Shown: positions 1 to 14,794, counted from the first letter of the stretch. The stretch: 64,000 nt of DNA from Rhizophagus irregularis (GCF_026210795.1 NC_089431.1:4526001-4590000); one strand, 5' to 3'. Notes: generated from the letters alone by a model not told the origin. Numbers and translations: made by a program.

Positions 1-1333
1 AATTATGAAATAAAGCTTTATTTTCCTCTTTCACACGACTTAAAATATAATCATCAATATCATTATTTTTAAAAGAGAATATAAAACTATCTTTAGTATT
101 CCCATAACTATCATCAGATTTCCATTCAATCGGATTAAATCCTCCAAGAATTTCTTCACTACCTTCCACTTTAATAACAGTTATAGTACAAGATCTACTA
201 TCACAATTTTCATGAAATTTTTCAGGTGTAAATCCATCACGAGATCCACGAAGGATTAATTTGAACTCATATGAATTTTTCAATTCATTTGTAATATCTA
301 GCCTATCAATCCATTTTGAGATTAATTCAGCATGTTGAATTGTAATAATATTTGAATCAATATTTTTTAAATCAATATCTCTAGTTTCATTCTGTTCTGA
401 ATTTCTATTTGGTATATAATCACGATTCAAAAAGTATTTGATTAAATATTCATTAGTTTCATCAGGAATAATCTTTTTATACGGATCATATACCTTATTC
501 AGAAATTCTTTAGAAGTAAATTCAGTAAATTTAATTAAAGGAATAAATTGTTGTAAAGTATTTTTTAAAGCGTTAAAATCATCATTTGAATAACTTGAAG
601 GATCTGAAGAAAGTTCAGAATTTTGAGCAATACCCCATTTAAGCACATACTCCCAAACTTGAACTTCACTCATTCGAAGATTATCATGTTGAATAAGAGA
701 GATTAAAGCTTTTTCTGAAATCGAAGTAAAATCAGGTAAATTAAAAATCTTTTCAGGATGGTTAGATATTAACTCTGTACAAAAATTTTGAAGTTTTGAT
801 AAAGAATTATTTTCAAAACTCGTTTGGTAAATCGAGCAAAAATTTTGTTCCAACCAGCTCGTTTTGTTTACAATTAAGAATGATTGTAAATGAGGAATTA
901 ATTCATAAAGATTTAATTCACTAGCAGCAATCAAAATTTTAATGACATCCGAAGTATCGTGTTCTGCCAAAGAAAGTCTTCCGCCATAAATATACCTAAT
1001 TTAAAAATCGATGATAAGAAAATTAAAAATAATTTTATAAAACGATAATTTGTTTATAAAAAAATGAGTTTAATACCTTAACATTACTTGAAAAGTTTCA
1101 GGTAAAATATTTGGTAATTTAATATGAGTTAAAGTTCCATCATTTCTCCTTTCATTAGTCGACAAAATTCTTTTCAAATAAGGAGAACGATAATTTAAAA
1201 TAACCATGTGAGCACGAAAAATTTTTACGTGAGGGTCAATACCAACTTCAATTGTAATATCATAATATTCTTCGTCATTTAAAATTTCGAGTAAATTTTG
1301 AGACAAATTTGGTAAAAATTTATTATCAGCCAT
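1..1333 (-). CDS. BTB/POZ-BACK-TLDc protein, copy 1 (3' end outside window); exon 1 1333-1077, intron 1076-996, exon 2 995-<1
   Basis: BTB N-terminus (YDITIEVG..KIFRAHMVILNYRSPY); GT-AG intron at the LR|YIYGG junction shared by all paralogs; TLDc motifs (LRGSRDGF, ILGGFNP) in exon 2. Confidence 0.85.
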
Positions 1334-1889
1334 TATAGAAAGAAATGAAAAAGAATAAAGGAGATTGTTGCAGATCGTTTGTACTCCGCCGCCTTTTTAC
1401 GCCTTTTTATAAAAATCATGATGATGGTGCGACGGTTGTGTTACTCTGGTGATCCAGATATAATTTTTCTTGACGGTACACAAAAATCTATGTGACGTAA
1501 TTTTAGTAAAAATACGGTTTACTATATAGTAATGTTTTTTTTTACGTATTCCATAAAAAAAAAAATAATGAATTTTTTTTATTAAATTTATTTATTTACA
1601 TTTCATTTTATTATACTTTATAATTAATTTATCTTTGAATTTAATAAATATAATGTAATCTATATATTTTATATACAACCAAAATTAATTTAATATGAAA
1701 ATATCAAAAAAAAAAAGAAAAGAAAATCCAAGAAATAAATGAAAGTTTGTGTTCCTCATAAAAATTAGGCAAAAATAATTTACTTTATCAATAATGAAAT
1801 GCATTATTGAATTTTATAATTTAAATAATAATAATTTTTTTATTTAATTACAAGTTTAAAAAATTCATGTTGAATCAGCACAATAAATA

Positions 1890-2570
1890 GTTTATATGCA
1901 AGAGCTGATAAAAAGAAACAATTATATGGAATATAGAGGATGTAAAGAACTTGATGCGGGAAGTTATTAGTATCAAATATTAACCTTGTAATACTAAAAT
2001 ACTTAGGGGTAAATTTTCAGAAATGTTTCTTGAGAAATGTATTTAATCTTGGATATTGAATATCAAAAATAGAAAGGAATTATTATGATAAAATTGTCGC
2101 ACTAAAAACTTTTGATAATTCTTGTATAAATACGGTTTTTAAAATTAGGTAATTAGAATAAAAAATCAATCTATTTACTTAATTATTATTTATAAAACTT
2201 TTACTTTTAACATTTTTATTAGATTGTGACTCGTCTTCAATTATCTCTGTAATGTCATTCAATCATGGATAACTTGAGATCCAAATACCGAAGATTATAG
2301 AAGATAGAAATTTGAAATTTGAGAAATTACTATTTGAATAATAAATCAAGTTATTATTCAAAAACTGAAGGATTAAAACGAGATATTATGATACTGGAAA
2401 AAGTCATAAAGATTTTCTTCATTCAGATGTAATATTGAACCTTATGGTATTATTATGGTTTGGGTATGAAGATATGTAAAGGATTTAGACCAAATATTTT
2501 GAATATATGAAAAAAAAAAATCCAATAATACCCAAATACATCCACGAGCAATCTATTTTAGTAGACTTCA
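1890..2570 (+). pseudogene. Degenerate protein-kinase relic (boundaries approximate)
   Basis: Interrupted fragments resembling Glomeromycota kinases (KIVALKT.DNS, ICKGFRP); related sequence at 12660-13140 and inverted at about 6280-6660. Confidence 0.35.
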
Positions 2571-3943
2571 AGTTTAAAAATATTCAATAAAAACCATAAT
2601 TGATAGCGAAAAAATATTTCATTTTACTAATTATTTTATAATTTGATTGTCAATTGGAATTAATTTATAGATCATGATGAAAATTATTTCATAAAAATAA
2701 AATAAACGTTATCAAATTAGCTTCTTACAGTTATTATTTATAATTTTTTATGTATAATTTCTTGGTTTGAGAATAAATTTTAAATCGGTAATAATATAAA
2801 CATCAATTACATCATGATTGAGAAAAATCCGGTAAAATCAAATATTCGAGTACAATAATTAATTATTCACTTCGTACCGATACCATTATTAATTAACTAT
2901 TTGACATATTATTCATTCCACTTTACTTGTCAGTCTTCAAATTATTAGAATATATCTAAATTTTTTATTAGTGTTGGATCGTATAAAACCGTATTTAAAG
3001 GTTTAATTAAAACGAATAAAATAAACCAAACTTTATTTACCATAAAAATATAATCTTATTTTTTTATTCATTTTCAGTTTAAGTAAAAGAGCGAAAAAAC
3101 GGAGTTAACAATTTTGAGTCTAATAGAATGATTCGACCATTTATAAGGGTTTTCATTACGAGAAATTCCAAATCCTTACTTTTTTTTTTTGATTACTATA
3201 TAATCTGACATCAAACATCTCCTTTTATATACTAAAAATATTTGTTATTTTTTCATTAGTGCTGGAAGCGACTTAATCAGGAGAATCAATGATAAATAAA
3301 TATTATTTCTAAGATTTGCAAAATGTTTTATGTGATAAGATTTTAGCCAATTGGTTTTTTATCTATAGTTTCTAACTTAACGTGATTGATGTTCCAATAA
3401 AAGAGCTGAATCACGTTCCCATGTTTTCCCATATTTAAAACGGTCACCATATTGTAATACACTAATTATCCGCCTACATAAAATCTAAATTATAATTGAT
3501 CCTTTATTGTCGCAAAAATAATCATAATTAAAACTAAAAGTTAAAACGTTAAAATAATAAATATAAATTTTTTTCTAATTACATTACATATTTATTAATT
3601 AATGTTTATTTTATTAACGTCATTATATTTTTCTTCTATTAATTATAAATAAATAAAAATAAATAACCGTAAAGAATAATATCCACTTGAAAGGTCTTTT
3701 ATCAACTTTAACATATAACAAAGTAATATAATTTTAAAAACATAAAATGGGAGCAATGTAACACCAAAACTACATTTTTAAAGTTGATGTATCATTAGAT
3801 TCATTATTCTATGATTTCTGAAAAAATCACATGATATTTTATTAAATTTCAAATGATCTTACATAAATTCTTTCCCACTTTATTTGAACTATACAATCTT
3901 ACAAACTTGCACAACTTCCTGACAAACTGATTTATTTAATCTA

Positions 3944-5464
3944 TTATTTATTATGAATCTGAAAAACTTCATATTCTTCTACGGCAAATGTATGTGGTGT
4001 CACTTTGATCTGTTTTTCATAAGAATTCTTTTTACAATAGCTACTAATATTTTCGTTAAAAGAAGATTCAATTTGATTCCCTCCATATATTATAAGGTCT
4101 CCACTACCAAATGATGGTCCGTAATATTGCCAATAAACTATAGCATGTTCCTCATCTTCTACTCGACTAATAAGACAATTTTCAATATTATCTTTATTCA
4201 CAAAAGAGAAAATGAAACTATCCTTAGTAGTAACATATCTACCTTCATAATTATCATTTTTCCATTCAACCGGATTATATCCTCCAAGAATTTCATTGCT
4301 TTCTTTCACTTTAACAATCGTTACAGTACGAGATTTATTATCACAAATTTCATGGAACTTTTTAGGCGTAAATCCATCACGAGATCCACGAAAAATTAAT
4401 TTAAATTCATATGAATTTTTTAAATTATCCATAATTCCTACTCTATCAATCCATTTCGAGATTATTTTAGCATGTTGAATTGTGATAATTTTTGAATCTA
4501 AACTTTTGAGACCAATTTCTTTGACTGTTTGTCGCTCTGATTTCTCACTAGTAGTTATATAATCATTATTCAAAAAATATTTGATAGAATTTTCATATAA
4601 CTCTTCAGGTATTATTTCTTTATATGGATATACTTTATTCAAAAATTCTTTAGGAGTAAATCCAGCAAATTTAACGAAAGTAACACATTGATGTAAAGTA
4701 TTTTTTAGAGCGTTAAAATCATCATTTGAATAGAATGAAGGATCCGATGATAACCCAGGATTCTGAGCAATACCCCATTTAAGTACATGTTCCCAAATTT
4801 GAACTTCACTTATTTTAACTTTATCATGTTGAATAAGAGAGATTAAAGCTTTTTCTGGAATTGAAGTAAAATCAGATGAATTAAAAATTTTTTCTGGTTG
4901 TTTAGATATTAATTCCGTACAAAACTTTTGAAGATCCAAGAAAGAATTATTTTCGAAACTTGTTTGATATATCAAGTTAAAATTTTGTTCCATCCAACTT
5001 GTTTTATTTTTAATTAAAAATGATTGTAAATGAGGAATTAATTCCTGAATACTTAATTCGTTAGCAGCAAGCAAGATTTTAATAATATCTAAGATATCAT
5101 ATTTTGCTAAAGAAATTCTTCCACCATAAATATATCTAAAATAAAATAATACGTCAAATAAAAAAAAAATATTTTATTGATTTATTAATAACAATTAATT
5201 AAATTACCTTAAAATTATTTGAAAAATTTCAGGTAAAATATTTGGTAATTTAATATGTGCTATAGTTCCATCATATTTCTTTTCATTAGCCGACAAAATT
5301 CTTCTCAAATAAGGAGAACGATAATTTAAAATATTCATATGAGCACGAAAAATTTTTACGTGAGGGTCATTACCAACTTCAATCGTAATATCATAATATT
5401 CTTCATCGTCTAAAATTTCAAGTAAATTTTGTGATAACTTTGGTAAAAATTTATCATCAGCCAT
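3944..5464 (-). CDS. BTB/POZ-BACK-TLDc protein, copy 2; exons 5464-5208 and 5135-3944
   Basis: ORFs 5204..5539 (BTB) and 3944..5074 (BACK + TLDc, ending EEYEVFQI) joined by a GT-AG intron. Confidence 0.9.
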
Positions 5465-5573
5465 TATGGTTGTGGTAAAAACTAGAAAGAATAAAGTTAT
5501 TGCAGATCGTATCTGTAGCCTGCTGGTGCTGGAGCACACCTTTTATTATGTGACAGTTGTGCGACTAGGCGAT

Positions 5574-6018
5574 GCACGTCTGAAATGTGTGTCAGGTTGA
5601 CGGCGCAGTGTGGCGCAGTAATTCAAAAAAAATCTAAGTTAAAGATTTTCTTTTTAATGTAATGCTTTCAAATTTACATATTAGATGTATTTTCATCTGT
5701 TTTACAAAATTCACTTATAAACGGAAGGAGGTTTTGGACGTAGATTTTGACTTTAGTATATAACAACTGATTTTATCGACTTTGCCGATCATTTCCAAAA
5801 TTGGATTTGTCAAAAAAACGGTTTTTGTTAAATAACTCGAAAATGGCCTTCTAAACCGCCCGTATATACTCTAAGTAAATTTGTAGAGCGGACGAAAATA
5901 CATCTAGTACAGTAATTTAAAGGTTTTATTTTAAATAAAAAAAATTGCAATTTAATTTTTTTTGGAAAAATCGCTGCGCCACACTGCGCCGTCAACCTGA
6001 CACACATTTCAGATGTGC
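5574..6018. mobile_element. Mutator-like MITE, 445 bp
   Basis: About 45-bp TIRs (GCACRTCTGAAATGTGTGTCAGGTTGACGGCGCAGTGTGGCGCAG); 9-bp TSD CTAGGCGAT at 5565-5573 and 6019-6027; empty site in the paralogous promoter near 12431. Confidence 0.9.
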
Positions 6019-8064
6019 CTAGGCGATCCAGAGTGACGTATACAAAAATCATGAAGTGACGTAATTTTAAAATTCTTTAGTTAACGTGATAAAAAGAAAA
6101 AAAGAATATTCAAAAATTTATGATTATGTTCCTCTAAAAATTAGGCAATATACAATAATGTATACATTATTGAATTTTATAATTTAAATAGTGATTTTTT
6201 TTTTTAATTGTTTTTCTAAAAATTCATGCTATTATTTTAACTACCGAATCAGCTACTTAGGTGAAGGTTAGAAAGAAAAAAATGTTTTAATAAATACATA
6301 ATTAATAATAATTAAGCAAATAAGCTTATTTTTAACTTTAATTACCCTATTTTCAAACCGAATTTATACATGAAGAATTATCTAAGCTTTTTAATACAAT
6401 AATTTTATCATAATTACCATATCTATTTCCATTTTAATTCAATATCAAAGATTAAATATATCCTTCAGGCCAATCAGCGGAATAAACTTTACCAAAATCG
6501 TATCTAAATTTTTCATTATTCAAGGCATTATGCATTAAACAAATCATTAAGCTGTGATTATTGTATAACCTCCCTCCATTTCAATAGTCAAATTTTTTAA
6601 AGTTACCTTAAAAATATTTTAGACTATAGAGCTGACATTAACTTTTCATGCCAGGTACATTACATTCTCCAAATATGCAAATATAATTGTTTTCTTTACA
6701 TCATCTTTGGACTTATCTTTTTGACGTCATTTAATGTCATGTGAATCATGGAATAACTTAAGAACCAAATATCACGATATTACGAAGGCAAAAATTTGAG
6801 AATCACACTAAAATTATTTGCAAAGCCTTCTTAATATTTGATTAAGTAATTATTCATTTTAGTAGTTTTTATACAGAAACCATCCTTTTTGATTAAAATT
6901 AGTAAACTATTTGACATATTATCATTTCATTTTACTTTGTTAGTCTTCAAGTTATTAAATTACAAACTTTATAATTTTTATTAGGAATATCGATTAATAA
7001 AATGTGTATCATATCATTTATTTTATTTGTTTTATTGACAGTTATGCAATTTATGGAAAAAATCTTGATAATAATTGGCGTCAAGTTTTTTAAAATCACA
7101 AATCTTATTTATTACAAAACTCAAATATGGACATATGGTTACAACTTACAAGAGTTACAAAAGTCAAATATCTTTTTCCTTGTATCGATATGCATCAATT
7201 CAAATTAAGTAATAAAACAAAGAACAGATTCAACTGATCGAATTACCCTACATTTCTTTTTTTGATTATCTTTTGAATACTAAAATCACTTAGGAGAAAC
7301 TTAATCGGGATCAATGATGAATAAACTGTTTATGTGATAAAAACTAATTGGCTAAAAATCAAATTTTATTTACAATTTTCACTTTCCTAACTTACCGCGT
7401 TCCTATAAAAAATTTTAATTTTTTTCATAAAATAGCTCACTCAAACAAAATAATTCGGCTAAGTGCCAATAAAATTTTAAAAAGGGCATCATATTGTGAT
7501 ACACCAATACGCCACCTCCTTTCATAAACCTATTTATCTCGAATTATAAACTGAATGTTGAAAATAATATAAATTTTTTTTCTTAATTAATTACATTAAA
7601 ATATTTCCCTATTTATTAATTAATGTTTATTATATTATCGTCATTATATTTTCTTCAATTAATTGTAAATAGAAAAAAATAAAAAACAGAATACTTGACT
7701 TAAAAGGTTTTTATCAACTTTAATAAAATCATAACTAACAACTGAAAGTAATCATGTTTTAATACCACAATAGCAAATAAGGTTGACGTATTATTAAGCT
7801 ATGTTTTCAGAAAAAGATTCCGTGATTAAGTGATTAGTATTTTCAGACCCATTGCGAATTAAAATTGTTCGTAGAAAGTTTTCAAATTTATCAAGAAAAA
7901 CAACAATAACAAAAAAAACACCTTTACTAGAAATAATTTTATAAACCTTAATTGCTGCCTTATCTTAATTATAAAAAACATCATAAATTTCTTTTACATA
8001 AAAAAATTAAAAATATAACTTACCCCAAACAATAAAACAATTATGGTTATTTTTAAAGATTTTT

Positions 8065-9099
8065 TCAATTTATCAAATGCGAGATTTCCATTTTGGGATC
8101 TCTATTATTATATTGAGGGAAATAAGATATATCGTGGGAATAAGATATATCGTGATTAATTCCGGAAGGACCTTGACTTGTATTTCTTCCTTTTTTTCTT
8201 TGTTGAGCGTGCCAAAAATTCTTTACTTTGTTTTCGGAGCGTAATTTGCCGAACTTTTCTTTCATCACTGGAATAATTTCTTTCAAAGAAATTGATCTAG
8301 AAGATGGATTCCGAATTTTATACTCTTCAACCCATTCGTTGATGAATGATTTTTCGTTATCATTAAAACTATCGTGACAAACTAGAAAAAAAAATTTCAA
8401 ATTAATTCAAATTCAAATCAAGAAAATTTTAAAAGGTAAAATGTACTTACGATTTGGATTGAGGTTGTTTGTCCAACTAAATTACAAAGAATAACAATTA
8501 ATTTTTTTCATTAAAAAAAAAAATTAGAATTAAATATAATAAAATATATTTACCGTTGATAAATTCTTTTTGGATTAATTTTGTTACCCATTTTTTCACT
8601 AATTAGAGCGTAGCAATTGGGAAGATGTCCAAATTCTTTCATATATTTTTTAATATCATCATCATCCTACAATTTTTTTTTTAAAAAAAGAAATAATAAT
8701 TTAATAAATTTTTTGGAGATTTCTAATTTTAACCGGAGAGGAAATACGAATAAGAGGTGATAAATAGGATTTTTAATTCCAGATTAATTAACAAAAATAA
8801 AGACCGTGGGAGTGTGATACGTTGTGATAAATAAATCTAACCTCTAACCTAACCCTAAGCCTAACCCCTAACTCTAATAAATATTGGGAGGAGGGAATTT
8901 CCCCTCCGGTTAATATATATATATATATACGTAGTTATTTTCAATTTTTTTCAATTTTTTTTTTAAAAAAAAATTAGGACATACTTCTTGTCTAAAACGT
9001 AACCTGACGGATTTGATTCCCTATAATCAACGTGTTAGTTTTTGATATTTTTGTTACACAAAGCATTTCATAAGGCGTAGTAAGATTGAGGACGAACAT
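8065..9099 (-). CDS. Multi-exon Myb/SANT-repeat transcription factor-like gene (start exon uncertain)
   Basis: Spliced exons read RLRFRQE|DDDDIKKYMKEFGHLP..KRIYQR|..WTNNLNP..|..FNDNEKSFINEW..KFGKLRSENKVKNFWH, matching two Myb repeats. Confidence 0.65.
8733..8909. mobile_element. 177-bp TIR element with TTAA TSD (piggyBac-like MITE) in a Myb intron, containing telomere-like repeats
   Basis: TTAA-CCGGAGAGGAAAT ... ATTTCCCCTCCGG-TTAA; internal degenerate CCCTAA run at about 8837-8876. Confidence 0.7.
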
Positions 9100-9863
9100 T
9101 AAAAAATTTTTTACTTGGTTTTGCTATACAATAATTTGATAAATACTTCTTTTAAGCCAAAAATATAATAAATAAGATTCTGATAATATTGATAATATCC
9201 GTTATGGGATCTCACTTTGCGCAATAATTTCTGGAATTTTTTTTTATTGTAAAATTGAAAGTATATACTGTATGTTTTACAATTAGTTTGAATGTAAGGT
9301 TCCTATAATGTATACAATAAAATAAATGTGAATTAGTTATATGACTTGAAAAATATAAAAATAGACAATTTTATAAAAATTATTATAAAAAAAATTTTTT
9401 TAAACAATATTCATTAAGTTTTAAAATACTTTTAAAATAATCATAGCTATTTTGACTATATAAATTTTCTATTTTACATTTTGTTTTATTAAAACATACT
9501 AACTTACTAATAATACATACTAAAATTACTATGCATGTGAGAAATGGTTTTTTGTTAGTGAAATGGATTTTTTTTGCGTCTACTTTATGTTGAATAATTT
9601 AAGTTTCGCAAATGTAGATTTTTTACTCAACTTATTATTTATAGTTTATCAGGTGATTTTTGGTATTACAAACACAATTTTGGGCCACGGAAATTATGAA
9701 AATCTTTCGGATTTAGCATTTAACGCAAAGTAACCAAATCCACCGATATGTATCAGTAAATCAATTCACTTCTTTAATGAATAAAAATAATTCTTGAACT
9801 ACATAATGGTACAAAAAATTAATAATTTGTACACAATTTCCTGACAAATTATTTTAATCAACT

Positions 9864-10118
9864 ATCATTTATGAATCTGAAAAACTTCATAAACTTCTAT
9901 AGAAATTTCATTTCCTATCCCTCTGATCTGATTTTCATAAGAAAATTTTTTACAACTACTAGTTTCGTTATTAAAAGAAATTTCGCAAAATAACCTTCAT
10001 ACATTATAACCAAATGATGGTCCGTAATAGTTCCAATAATTTATAGCAAATTTTTCATCCTCTACTCGACTAATAAGACAATTTTCAATATTATCTTTAT
10101 TCACAAAAGAAAAAATAA
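9864..10118 (-). pseudogene. 3' fragment of a TLDc-domain gene
   Basis: FIFSFVNKDNIENCLISRVEDEKFAINYWNYYGPSFG ... EVYEVFQIHK, with no upstream part. Confidence 0.75.
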
Positions 10119-10810
10119 AGATGGTTCCTTCTTTTCTAACTTGAACTGTTCGGTGTTCCTATGAAAAAGTTGATCATGTTTTATATTCCCATGTTATTCC
10201 ATAAAATATCTTATTCAAACTTCTAATCATAGAAATAATTCGATCAAGATTTTTTTTAATACTAATAAAAATAATTTCATATTGTGATACACCTAATACG
10301 CTACCACTTTCAGTAAATCTAAATTATAATTGATCCTTTATTGTCGCAACAGATTTGGAAGTATCAATCATAATTATATATTTAACATAAACTGAACGTT
10401 ACAAATAATAAATGTAAATAGAGAAAATAAACAGCGGTAATAAAAACTTAGGTTTTACGAATAACTGAAAGTGATATTGTTTCATAATTTCATTAATCAT
10501 AAAATGAGAATGTTGCAATTCTACAACTGGTAATAAATTAACTCTTAAGGTTAGTTAGTGTCCATATAATATTATAGTAATTCTATTGTTACCGACTAGT
10601 AACTTCAATTTTATTTCAAAGAAAAAAAATTCCATGATTATTAATATTTTATTTTTATAAAATTTTTCGCTTACATGTTCAGTAAACTGATCTTACACGA
10701 ATTCTTTTCCACTTTAATAAATAAATGAATAATTTATAAAACCATATAGATATAGTGGCACTAAATCTTCAATAATTTGTACACAATTTTCTGACAAATT
10801 ATTTAATCTA

Positions 10811-12339
10811 TTATTCATTATGAATCTGAAAAACTTCATATTCTTCTATGGAAAATTTATCTGATGTCACTCTGATCTGTTTTTCATAAGATTTCTTTTG
10901 ACAAAAGCTATTAGTATTTTTATTAAAATAAGCTCCACTATCAAACCCTCCACATATTGTAAGGTCTCTACCACCAAATGTTGGTCCGTGATATTGCCAA
11001 TAAACTACAGCATGTTTCTCATCCTTTACTCGACTAATAAGACAATTTTCAATATTATCTTTGTTCGCAAAAGAGAAAATAAAGCTATCCTTGGTAGTAC
11101 CATAATTATACAATAAACTTGTATTATTCTTCCATTCAATCGGATTATATCCTCCAAGAATTTCATTACTTTCTTTCACTTTGATAATCGCTACAGTACA
11201 AGATTTATTATCACAGATTTCATGAAACTTTTGAGCTGTAAATCCATCACGGGATCCACGAAGAATTAACTTGAATTTATATGAATTCTTTAATTCATCT
11301 GTAATCTCTAATTTATCAATCCATTTTGAGATTAATTCAGCATGTTGAATTGTAATAATATTTGAATCTATACCCTTAGTATTTAATAATTTAGTAATCT
11401 GTGATTCTGATTTTTTCCTTGGTACATAATCATGATCCAAAAAATATTTGAATAAATTATCTTGTAGATCTTCGGGAATAACCTTTTTATACGGATACAC
11501 CTTATTCAGGAATTCTCTAGAAGTAAATTCAGTAAATTTAATTAAAGGAATAAATTGTTGTAAAGTATTTTTTAAAGCATTAAAATCATCATTTGAATAA
11601 CTTGAAGGATCTGACGAAAATCCAGTATTTTTTGCAATACCCCATTCAAGTACGTGTTCCCAAATTTGAACTTCACTCATTTTAACTTTATCATGCTGAA
11701 TAAGAGAGATTAAAGCTTTTTCTGGAATCGAAGTAAAATCAGATGAATTGAAAATTTTTTCTGGTTGATTAGAAATTAACTCAGTGCAAAACTTTTGAAG
11801 ATCCAAGAAAGAGTTGTTTTCGAAGCTCGTTTGATATATCAAGTTAAAATTTTGTTCCATCCAGTTCGCTTTGTTTTTAATTAAAAATGATTGTAAATGA
11901 GGAATTAATTCCTGAATACTTAATTCGTTAGCAGCAAGCAAGATTTTAATAATATCTAAGATATCATATTCTGCTAAAGAAATTCTTCCACCATAAAAAT
12001 ATCTAAAATAAAATAATACATTAATAAAAAAAAAAATTTTTTATTAATTTATTTAATAACAATTAGTTTAATTATTTCTTACCTTAAAATTATTTGAAAA
12101 ATTTCAGGTAAAATATTTGGTAATTTAATATGTGCTATGGTTCCATCATTTTTCTTTTCATTAGTTGATAAAATTCTTCTCAAATAAGGAGAACGATAAT
12201 TTAATATAACCATATGAGCACGAAAAATTTTTACGTAAGGATCTTTACCAACTTCAATTGTAATATCATAATATTCTTCGTCGTCTAAAATTTCAAGTAA
12301 ATTTTGTGATAATTTTGGTAAAAATTTATCATCAGCCAT
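10811..12339 (-). CDS. BTB/POZ-BACK-TLDc protein, copy 3; exons 12339-12083 and 12002-10811
   Basis: Same two-exon structure and motifs as paralogs. Confidence 0.9.
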
Positions 12340-12659
12340 TATTATGGTTGTGGTAAAAACTAGAAAGAATAAAGTTGTTGCAGATCATATCTGTAGCCTG
12401 ACCTTTTATTAAAGGCATGAGGTGTGACATTAGGCGATCCAGTGACATACACAGCACAAGTGACGTAAGTGACGTAATATTAAAATTCTTTAGTCACGTG
12501 ATTAAATTAATTAAACTTGAAAAGGAAATTAAGCATAAATACGATAATAATATATAATTTAGATAGTAATAATTTTTTATCAATTGTTATTTTAAAGATT
12601 CATGTTACAATTTTAACTACCGAGTACCGAATCAGCTTAAGTAATCTATATGGAAGTTA

Positions 12660-13140
12660 GAAGTGAAGAATATAATGTACCCAGCATGAGAAGTCAATGT
12701 CAATCCCTATAATATTAAGGATAACTATAAAAATTAACTATTGAAATAGAGGTTATACAATAATCACAGCTTAATGGTTTGTTTAATGCACAATGTCTTG
12801 AATAATAATGAAAAATTTAGATACGATTTTGATAAAATTTATTCCGCTGATTGGCCTGAAAGATATATTTAATCTTGGATATTGAAAATCAAAATGGAAA
12901 GAGACACTATAATTATGATAAAATTGTTGTATTAAAATAAAAGCTTGGATAATTCTTCAATGTATAAATACCGTTTGAAAATGGTAATTAAAAATTAAAA
13001 ATAAGCTTATTTGTTTAACTTTAATTATTATTAGTTATGTATTTATTAAAACGTTTTTCCTTTTACATAATCTTTGGACTTATCTTTGTGACATCATTCA
13101 ATGTCATGGAATCATGAAATAACTCAAGATCCAAATATCA
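12660..13140 (+). pseudogene. Degenerate kinase relic, part of the repeated unit (boundaries approximate)
   Basis: Similar to 1890-2300 and to the reverse complement of about 6280-6660; kinase-like remnants (YSADWPE...WKRD...KIVVLK). Confidence 0.35.
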
Positions 13141-14272
13141 AAAAAATTATATTTTTTTTTTCATAATATTGCGAAGAAAGAAATGTTGAGAAATTATACC
13201 AAAATTACTTGCAAATCTAATTAGTTCTTCATTATTAATATTTTACACAAATTATCATATTTCCCATATGTTTAATTATTTGCATTTTTCTCTTTCCTAT
13301 AATTAAATCCTACTTTCTTTATTCTCTAATAAATTAAATATCGATTTTTACCTTCTTTTCCCTTATCATTCTATTTACTTATACTTAAATTACAATCTCC
13401 ACACAATTCTAAACTAGGTGAATTTCATCATTATCTTCTGCTATAGATATCAAATGTAACACAAATACACAATATTATGATAATTATTTACTTTGCTATT
13501 TCTTCTTACATTCTATAAATTACGTTACTATTATTATTCCAAGTTATCAATTCATTTTTATCAACTTTAACTTTCTTATCATACATAATATTCATTGATT
13601 ATATTATATATATCTTTTTTATGGTTTTCTTTTTTATATTATCTTTTAATTCCCTTGTATTATTACTTATTTTTAATTTTCTAAATGTAGAATTTTTTTA
13701 GTATGTTATATATTTATTAAAAGTTTATAACAAAAAAAAAGAAAAGGTTGAAAACTATACTGTGTATTTACTAATAACTTAAAATTTATCAGATAACAAA
13801 TTATAAGCTAGGAAATTTTATGTATGAAATCTCATTTTACGCGAGTCAAGACTTCACGATTTGTAAACCAAAAATTTACGTAACCCAATTTAAATGTAAG
13901 AATTATACCATCCATATATGCAAGTGTTGAAATATTATTTGTGAAAAATTCGATCAAAATATTAGGATTATTGTGATTTTCATAAAAAAAAATGTTTCGC
14001 TAATTATTTTGTTATGTGTGTGTGTGTTATATGAATTGTTTTGCATACCATCAATAACTGAAGGTAATATCTAACCTATTTATTATAAATAAAAATAAAT
14101 ATTTAACATAGACTGTGTGAACAATATTTATGTCACTTCTTGTAATACTTTCTTTCAACTTGTTTTAATAACGAATGGAATAATCTATCGTAATTTTACA
14201 ATGTTTATTACATAAAATTACGTTACTAATATACTTGAATAAAGATACGGTAGTAAGTACTATTTTTATTTA

Positions 14273-14539
14273 GGCAATTTCTATTTGTACACGGGGTGTT
14301 TAAACACGGGTCATATTAGTAGATTAAAAACGGCATTCAAAACCTCCTTTAATGCCTTAAGTAAACTTGCAGAGCAGGTGAAAATACGTATATTTATCTG
14401 TAATATAATAAGAATAAAAAGTAAAAGAGTATAATGTTGGTAGCATTCAATTTCAAATTAAAAAACAAAAAATTGGTCTATTAAAAATTATATTTATATG
14501 ACCCGTGTACAAACACCCCGTGTAAACTTAGAAATTTTC
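14273..14539. mobile_element. Mutator-like MITE, 267 bp
   Basis: Imperfect about 44-bp TIRs (..TACACGGGGTGTTT..ACACGGGTCATAT); 9-bp TSD TTTTATTTA (14264-14272, 14540-14548). Confidence 0.7.
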
Positions 14540-14794
14540 TTTTATTTATTATTTATGCATTTAATGTTTTAAATAAATTTATTGAAATTATTTAAATTAC
14601 AAACTAAGAATTTTGTAAAACATTTATTATTCTAATCTTAGTGTTTAAATAATCCAAGATAAATAAATAAATGATAATAATAAAAAAAAAATATTGTTGA
14701 TTTAAATAATTTAAAATCCATCTAAAGATTAAAAAATAACAAATTATAAATTAATTATTTGCTTTATAAAGAAATTTATTTTCTAATTTATTTC

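Noticed and set aside
5828..6052. 74-aa ORF and other short ORFs in 19472-23432
   Set aside because: They overlap MITE or AT-rich intergenic DNA and show no protein motifs
8837..8876. True telomere or chromosome end
   Set aside because: Short, degenerate and internal to a TIR element
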